Notes under the pieces: generated by a model
Database searches by the model: none
What the model was told of the DNA's origin: nothing
Seen by the model: only the letters and a program-made list of their open reading frames with translations
Source of the DNA: Nitrospinaceae bacterium
Lineage (GTDB): Bacteria; Nitrospinota; Nitrospinia; Nitrospinales; Nitrospinaceae
Direction: 5' to 3'
DNA length: 64,000 nt
Assembly (NCBI GenBank): GCA_965223665.1
Contig: OZ245011.1
Span: 3,232,001 to 3,296,000 of the forward strand
Made by a program: the position numbers and the translations under genes
In this document: positions 10,283-20,252 of the stretch, piece by piece
Numbering within the stretch: position 1 is the stretch's first letter
Layout: each line of letters opens with the position of its first letter

Positions 10283-11119
10283 ATGTTTGATCGAGTTTTT
10301 TATGGTTTTTTGGTGATTTGTTTATTTTTCTTGGTGGGTTGTGAAAACCCTAAAACTGCTGAAGAGCCGCTGCGCTTGCCCGAAAAAGAAAAAACCTGGG
10401 TTAAAACTGAAAAAGTGGAAAAAACCAAAAATAAGGCTCTAGCTCCTAAAGAAAAGAAACCTGAATTAATATCCATAAACCAGGAACTACGCCAAAAATT
10501 ATTACAAACATATTCTTCACAAGGGAAAATAACTGACGAAAAATCATGCCTCGCAATTTTGGATCCACTGGATAAAAAACGAATGGCGGTCCAGAGGGAA
10601 GGAGGGCTGTGGCATGCATTTGAAAGAATTCCTGAGATTCGTCTGCACTCTGATAATGGTTTTCAACTGGATAGCCAAATGAATAAGTTAATATTTTCTA
10701 TTAGGCATTTATGTAAAACTTCCCAAGGGGTACCCATGGATGCCTTAGCTACAAATGTTAACCAATCTATCAACGAAAAAGGAAAAGAAGGAACTAAAAA
10801 TGAATTGATTGATTGGGGAGAAGCTCCAAAAACGGCAGACAGTTGGATTGATTACGCAGAATCTTCTACAGAAAGGACCACACGAAAGGTCGATTTCTCA
10901 AATATTGAAAGTTTAATTCTTCAAGCGGGCCCCATGGTGGATTTATATGAAGAATTACTTCATCGTCAAATAGACCCCAACCAACCACAAACTTATTTAA
11001 CCGACGCTACTACTTTATTGGATGCTCTTCGGGAAACAATTGCCACAGATCAATACGTGGTGATGGCTCTTACAGAAGATCACGCGGTTCCATATAAAGA
11101 ATTTCGTGGTGAAATGTAG
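10283..11119 (+). CDS. Hypothetical lipoprotein
   Basis: 278-aa ORF, SD GGAG, lipobox LVGC. No family recognised. Confidence 0.7.
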   Translation: MFDRVFYGFLVICLFFLVGCENPKTAEEPLRLPEKEKTWVKTEKVEKTKNKALAPKEKKPELISINQELRQKLLQTYSSQGKITDEKSCLAILDPLDKKRMAVQREGGLWHAFERIPEIRLHSDNGFQLDSQMNKLIFSIRHLCKTSQGVPMDALATNVNQSINEKGKEGTKNELIDWGEAPKTADSWIDYAESSTERTTRKVDFSNIESLILQAGPMVDLYEELLHRQIDPNQPQTYLTDATTLLDALRETIATDQYVVMALTEDHAVPYKEFRGEM

Positions 11120-11125
11120 GGACTA

Positions 11126-11650
11126 TTACCTTCCTTCTCGCACCTCTATGTAATATCCGGAAATTCCTTGGGTATTTTTTGAAGAGGCTCGATAAGTCCC
11201 AATACTTTTAGGAGGCAAATGAATCCTCTGCCATTCAGTTATATCCTTGGTTGGAATCGTATTTTCATCTAAAAATTGAGTTCGGCCCTCTATTTGAAGT
11301 GGATATTCTGTATGATTTTGGAATACGGCCATAACTTCTTTAATACCTGAAGGAGAAGTTTTCATGGTATGGGTTTGTGTTGAAATTTTATAACGACGAA
11401 CAATTTGAGGAGGAGAATCAGGAGGAGGACCTACTCTCTGGCCCTGGCAATAAGTCACCCATACACTTTCAGATTCAAGAGAACGGTCTAAAATTTTGAC
11501 ACTATTCATTTTATAGCCTGATTGTGCAGGAGGGTCTGTCATAAAAGATTGGCAAGGGTCTTTTTGTTGGGTTGCGCAACCAACAAACAATCCTGATAAT
11601 ACCAAAATAGAAAAAAATAATTTAAAAAGCCGAGTCGTTAAGCCCTTCAT
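11126..11650 (-). CDS. YcfL/DUF1425-like lipoprotein
   Basis: Lipobox FVGC; 'FQNHTEYPLQIEGRTQFLDE...WQRIHLPP...YYIEVRE' pattern; linked to lpoB. Confidence 0.65.
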   Translation of the reverse strand: MKGLTTRLFKLFFSILVLSGLFVGCATQQKDPCQSFMTDPPAQSGYKMNSVKILDRSLESESVWVTYCQGQRVGPPPDSPPQIVRRYKISTQTHTMKTSPSGIKEVMAVFQNHTEYPLQIEGRTQFLDENTIPTKDITEWQRIHLPPKSIGTYRASSKNTQGISGYYIEVREGR

Positions 11651-11662
11651 TAGATGATCTCC

Positions 11663-12982
11663 CTAATTTAATTGAGCAGAACGGGATCGAAACCAAGCCA
11701 ACCCCGAATGATTGTTCGCAAACTTAATTTTTTTTGAGGAACGGAGATGTTGTAATTCACCGCCCTTTGAATCATAAAATAATGCTTCAATCTCAATAGG
11801 TTTTGTTTCTGATTGAAATGTATAAACGTGAACTCGATCGGGAAGATTTTTCCAAAATCGATTGTCCGCTCTTGTTTGTGCGGCACCTGCTACCCCTTGC
11901 TCAATTAACCCCAAGGCAGTTAATATGCCAGCAATAATTAGTCCCTCTTCGCTACGATGTCGCGCTGAAACAGCTACTCCTGCTAAACCAATTTGGGTCA
12001 ATGCCCGTCCACGTTCCCCATGAGATTTTTTAAATTCCACCTTGTCAGCTAAAATTTTATCAATTTTGCGACCTCCGCGAGTGCTGGCTTGCCAAAAGAT
12101 ATCTTCCATTTCATAAGCAGAAATTACGCCGTTCCGTATGAAAAATTTTGCTCCAACCTCAGGGACTCCTTCGCGTCGCTTAATTCTGAGTTCTGATCCT
12201 CCTGGGCCGGTAGCAATTTTGACAGGAGAAAATCCCGTTTCGGCAATTAATAGAACATTATCCTTTGGATTGGGTAGAATAAAATCAGGTCGGTGTTCTT
12301 TTACATGGTCGTAAGCTTCTTTAGCCATATCCCAATCTCCATTCATTTGAGAAGCCCAACCCTCTAAAAACATTAATAGAGCAAAATCATCTTGATATTT
12401 TTTATCCTCTGCTAACGCATCTTGTAATTGTCCACCCTTAAAACTGGCTCTGGCATTTTCATAATCACCTCGTCTTAAAAAAAGCAATCCGCGATAGTAA
12501 TAAGCCATTGCCCTTTCATAGGGCTCCCCTTTAAAGTCTTTTCGCCCCTCCTCGTACCATAAACTGCGGGCTCTTTCGGCGTTTTTATTCTCGGCCCAAA
12601 CAGATTCAATATTTAAAAGAGCAGTTTCTAAAGATTCTTCGGCCTTCTCATAAGCTCCCAAGTCCATGGCTGCCAATCCGGTTTCCATATGATTGAGAAC
12701 TAAATTACGGGGACCTTCATGAAGTATGCGTCGATAATTAGAATGCAGTTGTTCGGGTTTATCATGAAGGTAGGCCTGCATTTCCAATTCGGGTACCTCA
12801 TAATATTCATACTGAGTGGTTGAGGCACATCCTAAAGCACTGATAGTAAAACAGGCAATTGCCAACCAAGCTGCAAGTCGAATCCAAGAGAAAAAAGGAT
12901 GATCCTTAACGGTAAACGACGTCGTCGGTGCCTTCTTTCTTGAATTCATACTCACCACTCCAAATGATTTGTCCCGTTTCAA
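11663..12982 (-). CDS. COG3014-family TPR lipoprotein (true start probably downstream of the track start)
   Basis: Lipobox ALGC, 'FKGEPYERAMAYYYRGL', 'ADNRFWKNLPD'. The track start overlaps lpoB by 77 nt. Confidence 0.7.
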   Translation of the reverse strand: MKRDKSFGVVSMNSRKKAPTTSFTVKDHPFFSWIRLAAWLAIACFTISALGCASTTQYEYYEVPELEMQAYLHDKPEQLHSNYRRILHEGPRNLVLNHMETGLAAMDLGAYEKAEESLETALLNIESVWAENKNAERARSLWYEEGRKDFKGEPYERAMAYYYRGLLFLRRGDYENARASFKGGQLQDALAEDKKYQDDFALLMFLEGWASQMNGDWDMAKEAYDHVKEHRPDFILPNPKDNVLLIAETGFSPVKIATGPGGSELRIKRREGVPEVGAKFFIRNGVISAYEMEDIFWQASTRGGRKIDKILADKVEFKKSHGERGRALTQIGLAGVAVSARHRSEEGLIIAGILTALGLIEQGVAGAAQTRADNRFWKNLPDRVHVYTFQSETKPIEIEALFYDSKGGELQHLRSSKKIKFANNHSGLAWFRSRSAQLN

Positions 12983-13586
12983 GATCTATCATTTCGAAAA
13001 CTATGTAATGGGATCGAGACATTACGCCGGTTGTAGAATTTACTGCATCCAAGGTAGATATGGATCCACCTAATCTATAATCTCCTCCTAAGGTTGATTT
13101 TACATGTTCCAGAGTGCCCGCATCGACTTTAGGTGAACCACTTGATGTAGTATCTCGCTTTAAAGAACGTTCTTTATCGACAATGTCTTTGTAATGCCTT
13201 TGTACAAAAACCATCCTGGTTCCTGCAGCTCGCTGAAGTCCTACCCGCAGTTTGTTAGTGATAATCTTTTTATTAATACGGGTGGAACCTTCATTAGTGA
13301 AATATTCTGAATCAATGATTACGCGAGGAGGCGTATTTTGTTGGGCTAGAGCAGTAGTACCCAACATATCACGAATCATTTTGTCGGTCATACTTCTTAT
13401 GTCTTGCGATTCTATTCCGACACCCCCAACGGAACCAGGTGTAGAAGGGTCCTTATAAACTGTTCCACGACCGGGTGAATTATCTACCGGTCCAGTGGGA
13501 ACGGGTGTGTAGGGTTGCTGTTGTGCGCAAGCCGAGAACCCCACCAACAGTCCCCCAATTGCTAAAATTTTCCAATACATTTTCAT
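12906..13586 (-). CDS. lpoB: Penicillin-binding protein activator LpoB-family lipoprotein
   Basis: SD GGAGG, lipobox FSAC, 'GIESQDIRSMTDKM', 'FEMIDLETGQIIWS...FKK'. Confidence 0.75.
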   Translation of the reverse strand: MKMYWKILAIGGLLVGFSACAQQQPYTPVPTGPVDNSPGRGTVYKDPSTPGSVGGVGIESQDIRSMTDKMIRDMLGTTALAQQNTPPRVIIDSEYFTNEGSTRINKKIITNKLRVGLQRAAGTRMVFVQRHYKDIVDKERSLKRDTTSSGSPKVDAGTLEHVKSTLGGDYRLGGSISTLDAVNSTTGVMSRSHYIVFEMIDLETGQIIWSGEYEFKKEGTDDVVYR

Positions 13587-13970
13587 CCTCGCCTCCTAAG
13601 CAAGACGTTCATTGCCAATAAGAAAATCCGATCCCCTAATTATCCCAGACCCCTAAGCAAAAATAAAATTATAAATTTTTAATGAAACTAAGAATTTTTC
13701 TTTATTTTTGAAATTGGATGAATACCTGAAATAACCAATTGGGATCTAAATTAATAAATTTTTGGAGCCCAAGCATTTTCATTTTTAAACTTTATTTGGC
13801 CATAAATTATTAATTTTTTTATTTTTTTTAAATTTCTACATAAGGAAATTGTCCGAAAATCCCCTCTTTAAAATTAGATTTCATTCGAAAATCAAATTTT
13901 TCATTTACATTTTTATAGGAAAAGGTATAAAGTAACTTTAGGGAGGCAAAATCTTTACATTCTAGGGTCA

Positions 13971-14777
13971 ATGACCTCGCAGTTGTCTGGAATTCAAAAC
14001 AACTCTGAAACCACGATAAGTTTACCTGTTAACTTGTTATGGACCGGAGGTTGGGATTCTACTTTTCGTCTATTGTATTTACTATTAGTAGAGGAAAAAG
14101 CAGTCCAACCTATCTATATTGTCGATTCTGAAAGACCTTCTACGGGTTATGAAATCCGGGCAATGGAATCCATACGTAAAGAGGTTTTAGAGCTCTATCC
14201 TGCCACTAAAAGACTTTTTCTAACCACCATCTTTGATAAAAAAGATCAAATTCAGCCCGACCCGAATATCACTGAACAGTTTGAGCTTATCAAATCAAGA
14301 GTGCATATTGGTATTCAATATGATTGGTTAGCCCGGTATGCCGTCCAAAAAAACATCAGTGATTTAGAAATTGCCTATCAAAAAAGTATTCCACCTCATG
14401 ATTTGGATGTCATGTTATTTGCAGAATTGACCAGTCATGAAAACAATTTCCGCGTTAAAGAAAATCCAAGTTTTCACGCAATCAGTCTATTTAAATTCTT
14501 CAGGTTTCCTCTTGCGAATTTAACCAAATTGGAAATGGAACACTTAGCCAAAAAACATAATTTTTTCGAAATTATGAAAAAAACTTGGTTTTGCCATACG
14601 CCTAAGAAAAATGGAAAACCCTGTGAAGTTTGTCAGCCTTGTTTAATTGCGCGGAAAAGTGGCCATACCCATGGTTTACCTGAAACTTACTTTTTAAGAG
14701 ATTTATTGATTAGAGTATCGGGAAAAGTGAATTCCCTTAGCCAGGCTGTATTAAATAAATTATTCTTAAGTGGTTAG
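13971..14777 (+). CDS. QueC-like PP-loop ATPase (paralog 1)
   Basis: LWTGGWDST (SGGxDS-type PP-loop) and C-terminal TWFCHTP...PCEVCQPC zinc site. Confidence 0.75.
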   Translation: MTSQLSGIQNNSETTISLPVNLLWTGGWDSTFRLLYLLLVEEKAVQPIYIVDSERPSTGYEIRAMESIRKEVLELYPATKRLFLTTIFDKKDQIQPDPNITEQFELIKSRVHIGIQYDWLARYAVQKNISDLEIAYQKSIPPHDLDVMLFAELTSHENNFRVKENPSFHAISLFKFFRFPLANLTKLEMEHLAKKHNFFEIMKKTWFCHTPKKNGKPCEVCQPCLIARKSGHTHGLPETYFLRDLLIRVSGKVNSLSQAVLNKLFLSG

Positions 14778-14980
14778 TGGAGCTTCAAAATTAAAAATTT
14801 CTCCTAAACTATTTTGATTAATAAATCGTCAAATATATTGTTTTTCCCCTCCTTCTAAAAATTAAACTCCCTATTTAATTTATCTAATAAGGTAAAATAA
14901 GGCTTTCCCAAATAAGCTTTCTAATTGCTAAAATGTCCTTTATACTTCATCATTAAAAAAATCTTAACCTATTTACAATC

Positions 14981-15466
14981 ATGGCAGATTCCAATCCTGT
15001 TGTTGCAAGTATTCGCCATTCCATTGAAAAGAATGGTTTCCCAGATAAATCAGTAAAATTACCCTTCAAACCGGTATATGAAAGTTGTAAGCAAAATCAA
15101 ACTTCTTTGGCGGAGGTACTAAAAGCTTTAGAAACTCAGGGTATTAGGGGAACCTTTCAAGGAAATCATATTGTTTTTCGAAACCAGGAAAAGGCAGATG
15201 AGTTAAAACAATCTGAACAAACCAAAAAAACTGAGCCTGACCCTGCTTTATGGGAATTTATGGCTGGTATGAATCCAGGTGAAACATTCCCCGGTGCTTC
15301 CAATTTTGGTGACTTGCAAAACTTAATTCAAAAATTTTCTAATCAATTGACTCCAGATCAATGGTCAGAAATTCAAAAACAATTAGAAAATATGAGTGAA
15401 GAAGAAAAACAAAAAATTTTGACGTTATTTTCTCAAATGGTAAAACCTCCAAAAGATTCATCTTAA
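14981..15466 (+). CDS. Hypothetical protein
   Basis: 161-aa ORF with helical Q/E-rich C-terminus; no family recognised. Confidence 0.6.
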   Translation: MADSNPVVASIRHSIEKNGFPDKSVKLPFKPVYESCKQNQTSLAEVLKALETQGIRGTFQGNHIVFRNQEKADELKQSEQTKKTEPDPALWEFMAGMNPGETFPGASNFGDLQNLIQKFSNQLTPDQWSEIQKQLENMSEEEKQKILTLFSQMVKPPKDSS

Positions 15467-15510
15467 AAAATTTTTCAGCGAAATCGCGCTGTTATTGTTA
15501 GGAGTCTTTT

Positions 15511-15954
15511 ATGCGTGTTAAGGAATTGATGTCTACTAAATTACATACGGTTGGCCCTGATGATATGTTGGATAAGGTTTTCATATTATTCAACTTTGAA
15601 TCAATTCGTCATCTACCGGTTATAGAAAAAGGAAAAATAATTGGAATCCTTTCGGACCGGGATTTGAAGAAAATTTTGGGACCCAGAAGAAAATTGATTC
15701 AAGGTGAGGGTGGTACTCAATTTACAGTTAACGCTCGAAAGGTAAAAACCCTTATGAGCCGTAATGTGACTACCATTGGCCCTGAAGAAAAAACTACCGA
15801 CGCTGCTGCTATTATGGCAAAGAAAAAGATAGGTTGTTTACCGGTAGTAAAAAAAGGGCAATTAGTAGGTATCATAACAGCTACAGATATATTGAAAGCG
15901 TATGTCCAGCTTTCTATCAGTATGGAGAAGTTGGTAAAAAAATTCGAATTATAA
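15511..15954 (+). CDS. CBS-pair domain protein (AcuB-like)
   Basis: Tandem CBS motifs IRHLPV...GILSDRD and IGCLPV...GIITATD; SD AGGAG. Confidence 0.9.
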   Translation: MRVKELMSTKLHTVGPDDMLDKVFILFNFESIRHLPVIEKGKIIGILSDRDLKKILGPRRKLIQGEGGTQFTVNARKVKTLMSRNVTTIGPEEKTTDAAAIMAKKKIGCLPVVKKGQLVGIITATDILKAYVQLSISMEKLVKKFEL

Positions 15955-15967
15955 AAGGTCATCAACC

Positions 15968-16807
15968 ATGTTGATTTTTTCCAAAGACATTTCAGATCGT
16001 GATTTTAAGCATCCTCGAGAAAAGGAAGACGCTGATTTAAAGGAATACATGGAGTATCAGCGCAAACTCTACCCTTATACAGTGGTTAGATCCGGGTTGG
16101 ATTTAGCTTATAAAGAATTGGATGATATTTTAAATTACATTGAAAATGGAGAACAAAGAACTGAAGATTCTCAAAGGGAAGAATATCCTGAAGATGTTGG
16201 AGGATGGTATAAAAATCGATTTCCTTGGTCTGCTTCATTTTTAGAAATGCAAGATATGCACTCGGTCCTGGTGTACTTAATAAAAGCTATGGATTCGTTT
16301 CGTACTTTTGAAAAAGTCAACACTTACCATTTGGCGGTTCTTTATGATTCAGTTCATAATATTATAGAAGTTTATAATGAATTGTTAGAAACTAATTTTA
16401 ACGCGGCACGAGATATTCGTCTCAGTAATAATACTCGAGTTCATTTTGACGATTTTATAAACAATTACTGGCCTCATCTAGAATTTATGATTTTATCTAA
16501 ACCCGATTATCCTCACCAGGTTTTACAACCGCGAATTAGCAAAATTGAAAAATTTATTAAAGAGGCAATTGAATCGGGAATTAGCCCCCTGGAAGCTTTG
16601 GAAAGCGCTGCTAATTCTTTCAAGTTTGATGAAGGCACCTTGCCCCTTCTCCGTAGAGATCCGCTTCTTCCTGAATTAGCTCAATTAGAATCTTTGTCTT
16701 TAAATCAAAATCCTTATGAACCACCACTGTGCGATATTACTACCATTCAGTCACAATATGAAAAGAGCTTTGATGCCTTTAAAGAATTTGCTTCAAAAAA
16801 AGAATAG
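15968..16807 (+). CDS. Hypothetical protein
   Basis: 279-aa acidic soluble ORF starting 13 nt after the CBS gene; no family recognised. Confidence 0.65.
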   Translation: MLIFSKDISDRDFKHPREKEDADLKEYMEYQRKLYPYTVVRSGLDLAYKELDDILNYIENGEQRTEDSQREEYPEDVGGWYKNRFPWSASFLEMQDMHSVLVYLIKAMDSFRTFEKVNTYHLAVLYDSVHNIIEVYNELLETNFNAARDIRLSNNTRVHFDDFINNYWPHLEFMILSKPDYPHQVLQPRISKIEKFIKEAIESGISPLEALESAANSFKFDEGTLPLLRRDPLLPELAQLESLSLNQNPYEPPLCDITTIQSQYEKSFDAFKEFASKKE

Positions 16808-16883
16808 TCAACTAAAAGCAAAATTAAAAAAGCAGGCAACCACAACCGTTGAGTTTTAATTTTCCTTTATCTATACTGTACTG

Positions 16884-18230
16884 ATGAAAACGAATAATAA
16901 TCGTGGTTTTTGGGCATCTCGTATTGGATTTATTTTGGCGGCTTCGGGGTCCGCCGTTGGATTAGGTAATATATGGAAATTCCCTTACATTACTGGGCAA
17001 AATGGAGGGGGTGCTTTTGTTTTAATTTATCTCCTATGTATTGCGGTCATTGGTTTACCCATTATGCTATCCGAATTTGTATTAGGACGAAAAACTAATC
17101 TAAATCCCGTGGGTGCTTTTAATGCGCTAAAACCAAATTCTCCTTGGGTGGGAATTGGTTTCATGGGAGTACTTTCTGGATTTCTCATTCTATCATTTTA
17201 TGGAGTTGTAGGGGGATGGACTCTTGCATATACAGTTAAATCACTCACCCATGCTATTGACCACTTTGGAAATCCACAAGAAGCGGGGACCTATTTTTCA
17301 AACTTTATTTCAAACACCAAAGAAATTGTAATTTATCATACGATTTTTATGATTTTATGCATGGGTATAGTGATACGCGGAGTTCACGGAGGAATAGAAC
17401 GGGCTTGTGATATTTTAATGCCCACCTTAGTAGTAATGCTTATATTGCTTATGATTCGATCCCTAACTTTACCCGGTGCTATGGAAGGGGTAGCGTTTTA
17501 TTTAGAACCAGATTTTAGCAAGCTTGATTCTCAGGTGGTATTAATGGCCATGGGTCAAGCATTCTTTTCGTTAAGTTTGGGAATGGGATGTATGATTACC
17601 TATGGTAGTTATCTATCCTCCAAAGAAAATTTAACCTCGTGCACTTTATATGTCGTAATTTTCGATACCATGATTGCTCTACTTGTGGGCATGGTGATAT
17701 TCCCGGCTGTTTTCGCTATGGGACTGGAACCGGAGGGAGGCCCTAGTTTAGTATTTAAAGTATTGCCTACAGTATTTTCAACCATGCCTTTTGGAACCGT
17801 GGTTTCTTTTGTTTTTTTTGCCTTGCTAGCGATTGCTGCAGTTACGTCGGCAATTTCACTTTTAGAAGCGGTAGCTTCATTTTTTATTGATCAACTCGGA
17901 TGGAATAGAAAAAAAGCCGTACTGGTTATGGGAACAGTAATCTATTTATTTGGCATTCCTTCTGGTCTCTCCTTTGGACTTTTATCTGAAAATAAAATAT
18001 TTGGAATGACCTTTTTTGATTTGGTGGATAATTTATCTTCCAACTATTTGCTTCCATTGGGTGGAATGTTTACCGCAATATTCGTGGGGTGGGTTTGGGG
18101 AACAAAAGAAGCTCATAAAGAAATTGAACGTCATGAAACTGTATTTAGATGGGCAGCGTATTGGGAGTTTGTTCTTAAGTATTTTACACCTTTGGCTGTT
18201 GCGGCGGTTTTTCTGGCTAAAGTTTTGTAA
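16884..18230 (+). CDS. Sodium-dependent transporter, NSS (SNF/LeuT) family
   Basis: GSAVGLGNIWKFPY, NGGGAF, GQAFFSLSLG; about 11 hydrophobic segments. Confidence 0.95.
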   Translation: MKTNNNRGFWASRIGFILAASGSAVGLGNIWKFPYITGQNGGGAFVLIYLLCIAVIGLPIMLSEFVLGRKTNLNPVGAFNALKPNSPWVGIGFMGVLSGFLILSFYGVVGGWTLAYTVKSLTHAIDHFGNPQEAGTYFSNFISNTKEIVIYHTIFMILCMGIVIRGVHGGIERACDILMPTLVVMLILLMIRSLTLPGAMEGVAFYLEPDFSKLDSQVVLMAMGQAFFSLSLGMGCMITYGSYLSSKENLTSCTLYVVIFDTMIALLVGMVIFPAVFAMGLEPEGGPSLVFKVLPTVFSTMPFGTVVSFVFFALLAIAAVTSAISLLEAVASFFIDQLGWNRKKAVLVMGTVIYLFGIPSGLSFGLLSENKIFGMTFFDLVDNLSSNYLLPLGGMFTAIFVGWVWGTKEAHKEIERHETVFRWAAYWEFVLKYFTPLAVAAVFLAKVL

Positions 18231-18288
18231 TTTAAATGTTTCTTCGATTGAGCGAATTACTAAATTAAATTTTGGCAGGATAAGGAGT

Positions 18289-19071
18289 TTAGGAAAGTTT
18301 TCTTCTAATTATCTCTGGAACTGAGGAAACTTTAGATACAAATTGTATATATAAATCCCGAAACAAATTTGTTTTCGGCAATCCATGAGAGTATCCACTT
18401 TTTCTAGCCAGCTTGCAAGGTTGGCAAGTTTCACAGGGTTCGCCATTTTTTTTGGGGGTATGGCAAAACCAAGACAACTTCAAAATTTTAAAGAAGTTAT
18501 TTTTTTTTGAGATTTCTTCCATTTCAACTTTAGTAAGGTGGGCAATGGGAAAACGGAAATATTTAAATATGCTCATCTCTTCATAAGTTAAATTATCTTT
18601 TATTCGGCACTGATGGCCCTCTCCAATTATTTCATAGTAAAACCACTTATCAAAGGCAAGTGGTGGAACCGTTTTTTCAAAACATATTTCTAAATCATTA
18701 AATCCGTTTTGATCTGCATAACGAGCCAGCCAATCATATTGAGTCCCCAAACCCAGTTTGGATCTCATGGATTCATATTTTTGGGTAATAGTTGAATTGG
18801 GTTTTATTTCTTTTTTGTAACTTAATATTGTTGGTTGTAAAAGGGCCTTTGCCTTTTCAGGTAATTCTTCTCTTATTGAATTCATTGCTTTGAGTTCAAA
18901 CTCAGTGGATTTTCTGTTCTCGTCAACAATGTAATAGGGTTGTGTTTGTTTATTCTCTACAAGGAGAAGTTGTAAAAGGCGAAAAGTAGAATCAAAACCT
19001 CCTGTCCACATTAAATCAATAGACGACAAATTTTTATGAGGGTCTAATCTTTCTTTAAAAGGGGTTTCCAT
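18289..19071 (-). CDS. QueC-like PP-loop ATPase (paralog 3)
   Basis: MWTGGFDST and SWFCHTP...PCETCQPC. Confidence 0.75.
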   Translation of the reverse strand: METPFKERLDPHKNLSSIDLMWTGGFDSTFRLLQLLLVENKQTQPYYIVDENRKSTEFELKAMNSIREELPEKAKALLQPTILSYKKEIKPNSTITQKYESMRSKLGLGTQYDWLARYADQNGFNDLEICFEKTVPPLAFDKWFYYEIIGEGHQCRIKDNLTYEEMSIFKYFRFPIAHLTKVEMEEISKKNNFFKILKLSWFCHTPKKNGEPCETCQPCKLARKSGYSHGLPKTNLFRDLYIQFVSKVSSVPEIIRRKLS

Positions 19072-19134
19072 AAAATAGGGATCAAATATTTTTTATTCTT
19101 TGAAGTATTAAGAAATAAATAAAATGAGAGATAC

Positions 19135-19944
19135 CTAGAAAAGTCGTGAGATTTTCTTTTGGATCCTTTGAAATATATGAGTCACTTTTGATGATACTTT
19201 AACCCATATGTCTCTAAAGTAATTGGTTTCAGGTAAACCATGCGTATGTCCACTTTTTCTGGCTAACAAACAAGGACGACATACTTCGCAAGGATCACCA
19301 TTTTTCTTAGGCGTATGGCAAAACCAAGTCTTTGTTAAAATTTCAAAAAAGTGGTGTTTTTTTGCCAATTCTTCCATATCTAATTTGGTAAGGTGTGCTA
19401 CAGGATAACGAAAGTATTTGAACATGACCATTTCATTTCTCGAGGGAGATTCTTTAATTCGGCGATCATGGCCTTCACCAAAAAACTCAGGATAAAGTAT
19501 TTTATCAAACTTGCTGGGTGCTAATTTTTTTTCATGGCAAATTTCTAAATCATTTAGACCTTCCTGTATTGCATAGCGTGAAAGCCAGTCGTATTGGCTA
19601 CCAAGACCACCTATTTGAGAATCAATCTTGCTAAAATTCTCGGTAATGAAACTATTGGGTGGGATCTTTTCTTTGTGTCCCCAAATAATCGGGAGTAGTT
19701 TTTTTTCTGTTTTTGGATATCTCCGGATTAACTCTTCTCTAATAGATTCCATGGCTTCGAGTTCGAAACCTGTAGAGGGTCGATCATTATCAATAATGTA
19801 ATAGGGTTGAACGGATTTTTTTTCTACCAAAATCAAAAATACTAACCGAAATGTAGAATCCCAACCTCCAGTCCATAATAAATTAATGGGAAATTCTTCC
19901 ACAGTATTCGTATTTTGATCTATTTTTTGGTTAGATGTCTTCAT
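19135..19944 (-). CDS. QueC-like PP-loop ATPase (paralog 2)
   Basis: LWTGGWDST and TWFCHTP...PCEVCRPC. Confidence 0.75.
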   Translation of the reverse strand: MKTSNQKIDQNTNTVEEFPINLLWTGGWDSTFRLVFLILVEKKSVQPYYIIDNDRPSTGFELEAMESIREELIRRYPKTEKKLLPIIWGHKEKIPPNSFITENFSKIDSQIGGLGSQYDWLSRYAIQEGLNDLEICHEKKLAPSKFDKILYPEFFGEGHDRRIKESPSRNEMVMFKYFRYPVAHLTKLDMEELAKKHHFFEILTKTWFCHTPKKNGDPCEVCRPCLLARKSGHTHGLPETNYFRDIWVKVSSKVTHIFQRIQKKISRLF

Positions 19945-20252
19945 AGTTGAAGTTCTATTTTAGCATCGAAACTGCAAATTGAAAATCTTTACTCCTCTAT
20001 TGGGAACATTTCCCTTGTTCTGTATGGGAGCTTTGGGCTGGGTGACTAATAAATCCTTTAAAATTAAGGGGTAAATGGAATGAAGGTAAGTGATTTGGGA
20101 AAATACTTCATTTGTTTCTATATCTAGCAAAACAACACCCTATAAGGCATTTTCCCAACTTGTGTTAAAATTCCGTATCACAATGAAACTCAAGAACATA
20201 ACCGGATTTCCTTTTAAAATATCTTTTAATATTTTTATGGTGGAGGAGTGGG

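Noticed and set aside
13971-19944. Calling the QueC-like genes canonical queC, or a QatABCD/type IV CBASS defence system
   Set aside because: They lack the QueC YGQ(R/K)H and VP.RN motifs. No queD/E/F, QatA ATPase, TatD or CD-NTase gene is in the window.
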